DNA of 35,119 nt from Atractiella rhizophila (Eukaryota), in NCBI GenBank assembly GCA_021432655.1, contig MU271652.1, forward strand, positions 1-35,119, read 5' to 3'. The notes beneath the pieces are model-generated. The model searched no databases and had not been told where the DNA came from. It saw nothing but the letters and a program-made list of their open reading frames with translations. Positions 34,104-35,119 of this stretch are shown piece by piece (position 1 is the stretch's first letter; each line of letters opens with the position of its first letter). The translations under genes were made by a program, and so were the position numbers.

Positions 34104-35118
34104 TCAGACAGATCGCCGAAAAACGGATGAACTCACCCTACCAGTCACATCGGCGATCACACCTTCCACAGCCGAATCTTCACTAGCCCCATCCTCCGCG
34201 GCTCGATCGTCCTGCCTCCTTTTATACAATTCCATCTGCAACTCAGCGGCCTTCAGGGCGTCCGCCGCCGCTTGCGCATTCAATTTGGCGGCAGCTAACA
34301 TGGTTTGTGCGAAGTCCAGGCTGAATGCCTCAGAGTACAATCGGGCGGCGCTCAGCAACGATTGCGAAGGAGAATCCTCGTCCACGTCCGAAATATTCTC
34401 GTAATTGCTTTCGATGAAGGCCGATGGACGTTTTTTCCCGTCGCCGATACGTTTAGGATGGAATGAAGTCGACATTACGACTAACATCGAGAGTTCCCGC
34501 AAATATCCCAATGGCAAAACCTCACACCTTTTTCGCGAACTATGACAACGCGAACAGACCCGTCCGAACGCGGTTGCGACATACCCAGCAGAGAAGTCGC
34601 ACACCTGCGAGTCGTTGTCACCCTTGGCTTTCTTTTTCGCCGCTTTGACAGGCGCCTCGAACCTTTCCAGTACAATTGCTACAGCGCTGTGTCCCGATGC
34701 TTGCTAACGTGGGAAGAATGCGCGCATTCGCCCGAGGAGTCGTGATAACCAATTCCAGATCCAGCTCACCCAGATTGATGTTTGCCGCAGCGTGGGAATA
34801 AGCCTCACGAGTACCCGGCCAGAAGTACCGGTATTTCGCTGCATCCAATTCCTTGTCGCCGATTCGCACTTTTCCGTCGCGCACTACGAATTCGGCAACC
34901 GGCGCACCGGCGAACGGATTTCGATCCCCCAACGCTGCAGGCAAAACGAAAGTAGTTGCAGTAACCAGGTGGTCAGACAGGGTCCTCACGACCCCGACCT
35001 CGGATCCCTTCGCCGCCGAAATCGACTTTTGAGCGCGCAAATTTTCCTCCGCCGCTCGACGTTTGATTTCGAGCGCCGCCCGTTTGCGTTCCTCTTCTTC
35101 CTTCGCCAAGCGTTTTTT
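34104..35118 (-). CDS. Antisense gene (5' end outside the window): coiled coil + Zn2Cys6-like cluster + coiled coil; putative intron 34605-34662
   Basis: A 58-nt GTTCGA..GGTGAC..GCAG intron joins the two listed ORFs in frame to give RCSNCTGK|VCDFSAGYVATAFGRVCSRCHSSRKRC (C-x2-C-x4-C-x14-C-x2-C-x6-C), flanked by E/K/R/A-rich helices. Confidence 0.65.
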
Positions 35119-35119
35119 C

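Overview
Eukaryotic DNA, inferred to be from a basidiomycete-like fungus (short, mostly 45-70 nt GT-AG introns). The left ~22.6 kb is gene-rich host sequence. It holds a metallo-beta-lactamase-fold hydrolase, a small membrane protein with an unusually long structured intron, striatin (STRIPAK scaffold), a BRCT-containing X-family DNA polymerase, a SET-domain protein with degenerate catalytic motifs, a small orphan gene, a decayed membrane-protein gene and a Cys-rich GPI-type secreted protein. The right ~12.4 kb is a nest of one Ty3/gypsy chromovirus family. A decayed minus-strand element carries two solo LTRs of its own family and is cut at its 5' LTR by a plus-strand copy. That copy is followed by an ApT-depleted decayed insert, an assembly gap and an open RNaseH-integrase-chromodomain pol. 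The main candidate new system is the RNA biology of this element: (i) Tf1-like self-priming; (ii) a GGAUUUU gag-pol frameshift site; (iii) two tandem ~227-nt multi-helix RNA modules with compensatory base changes starting at the pol stop codon, one carrying a 13-nt perfect complement to the frameshift region; (iv) a small TM+polybasic ORF directly behind them; (v) a putatively spliced antisense Zn2Cys6-like gene. All gene models, pairings and counts were worked out by hand and need computational confirmation.
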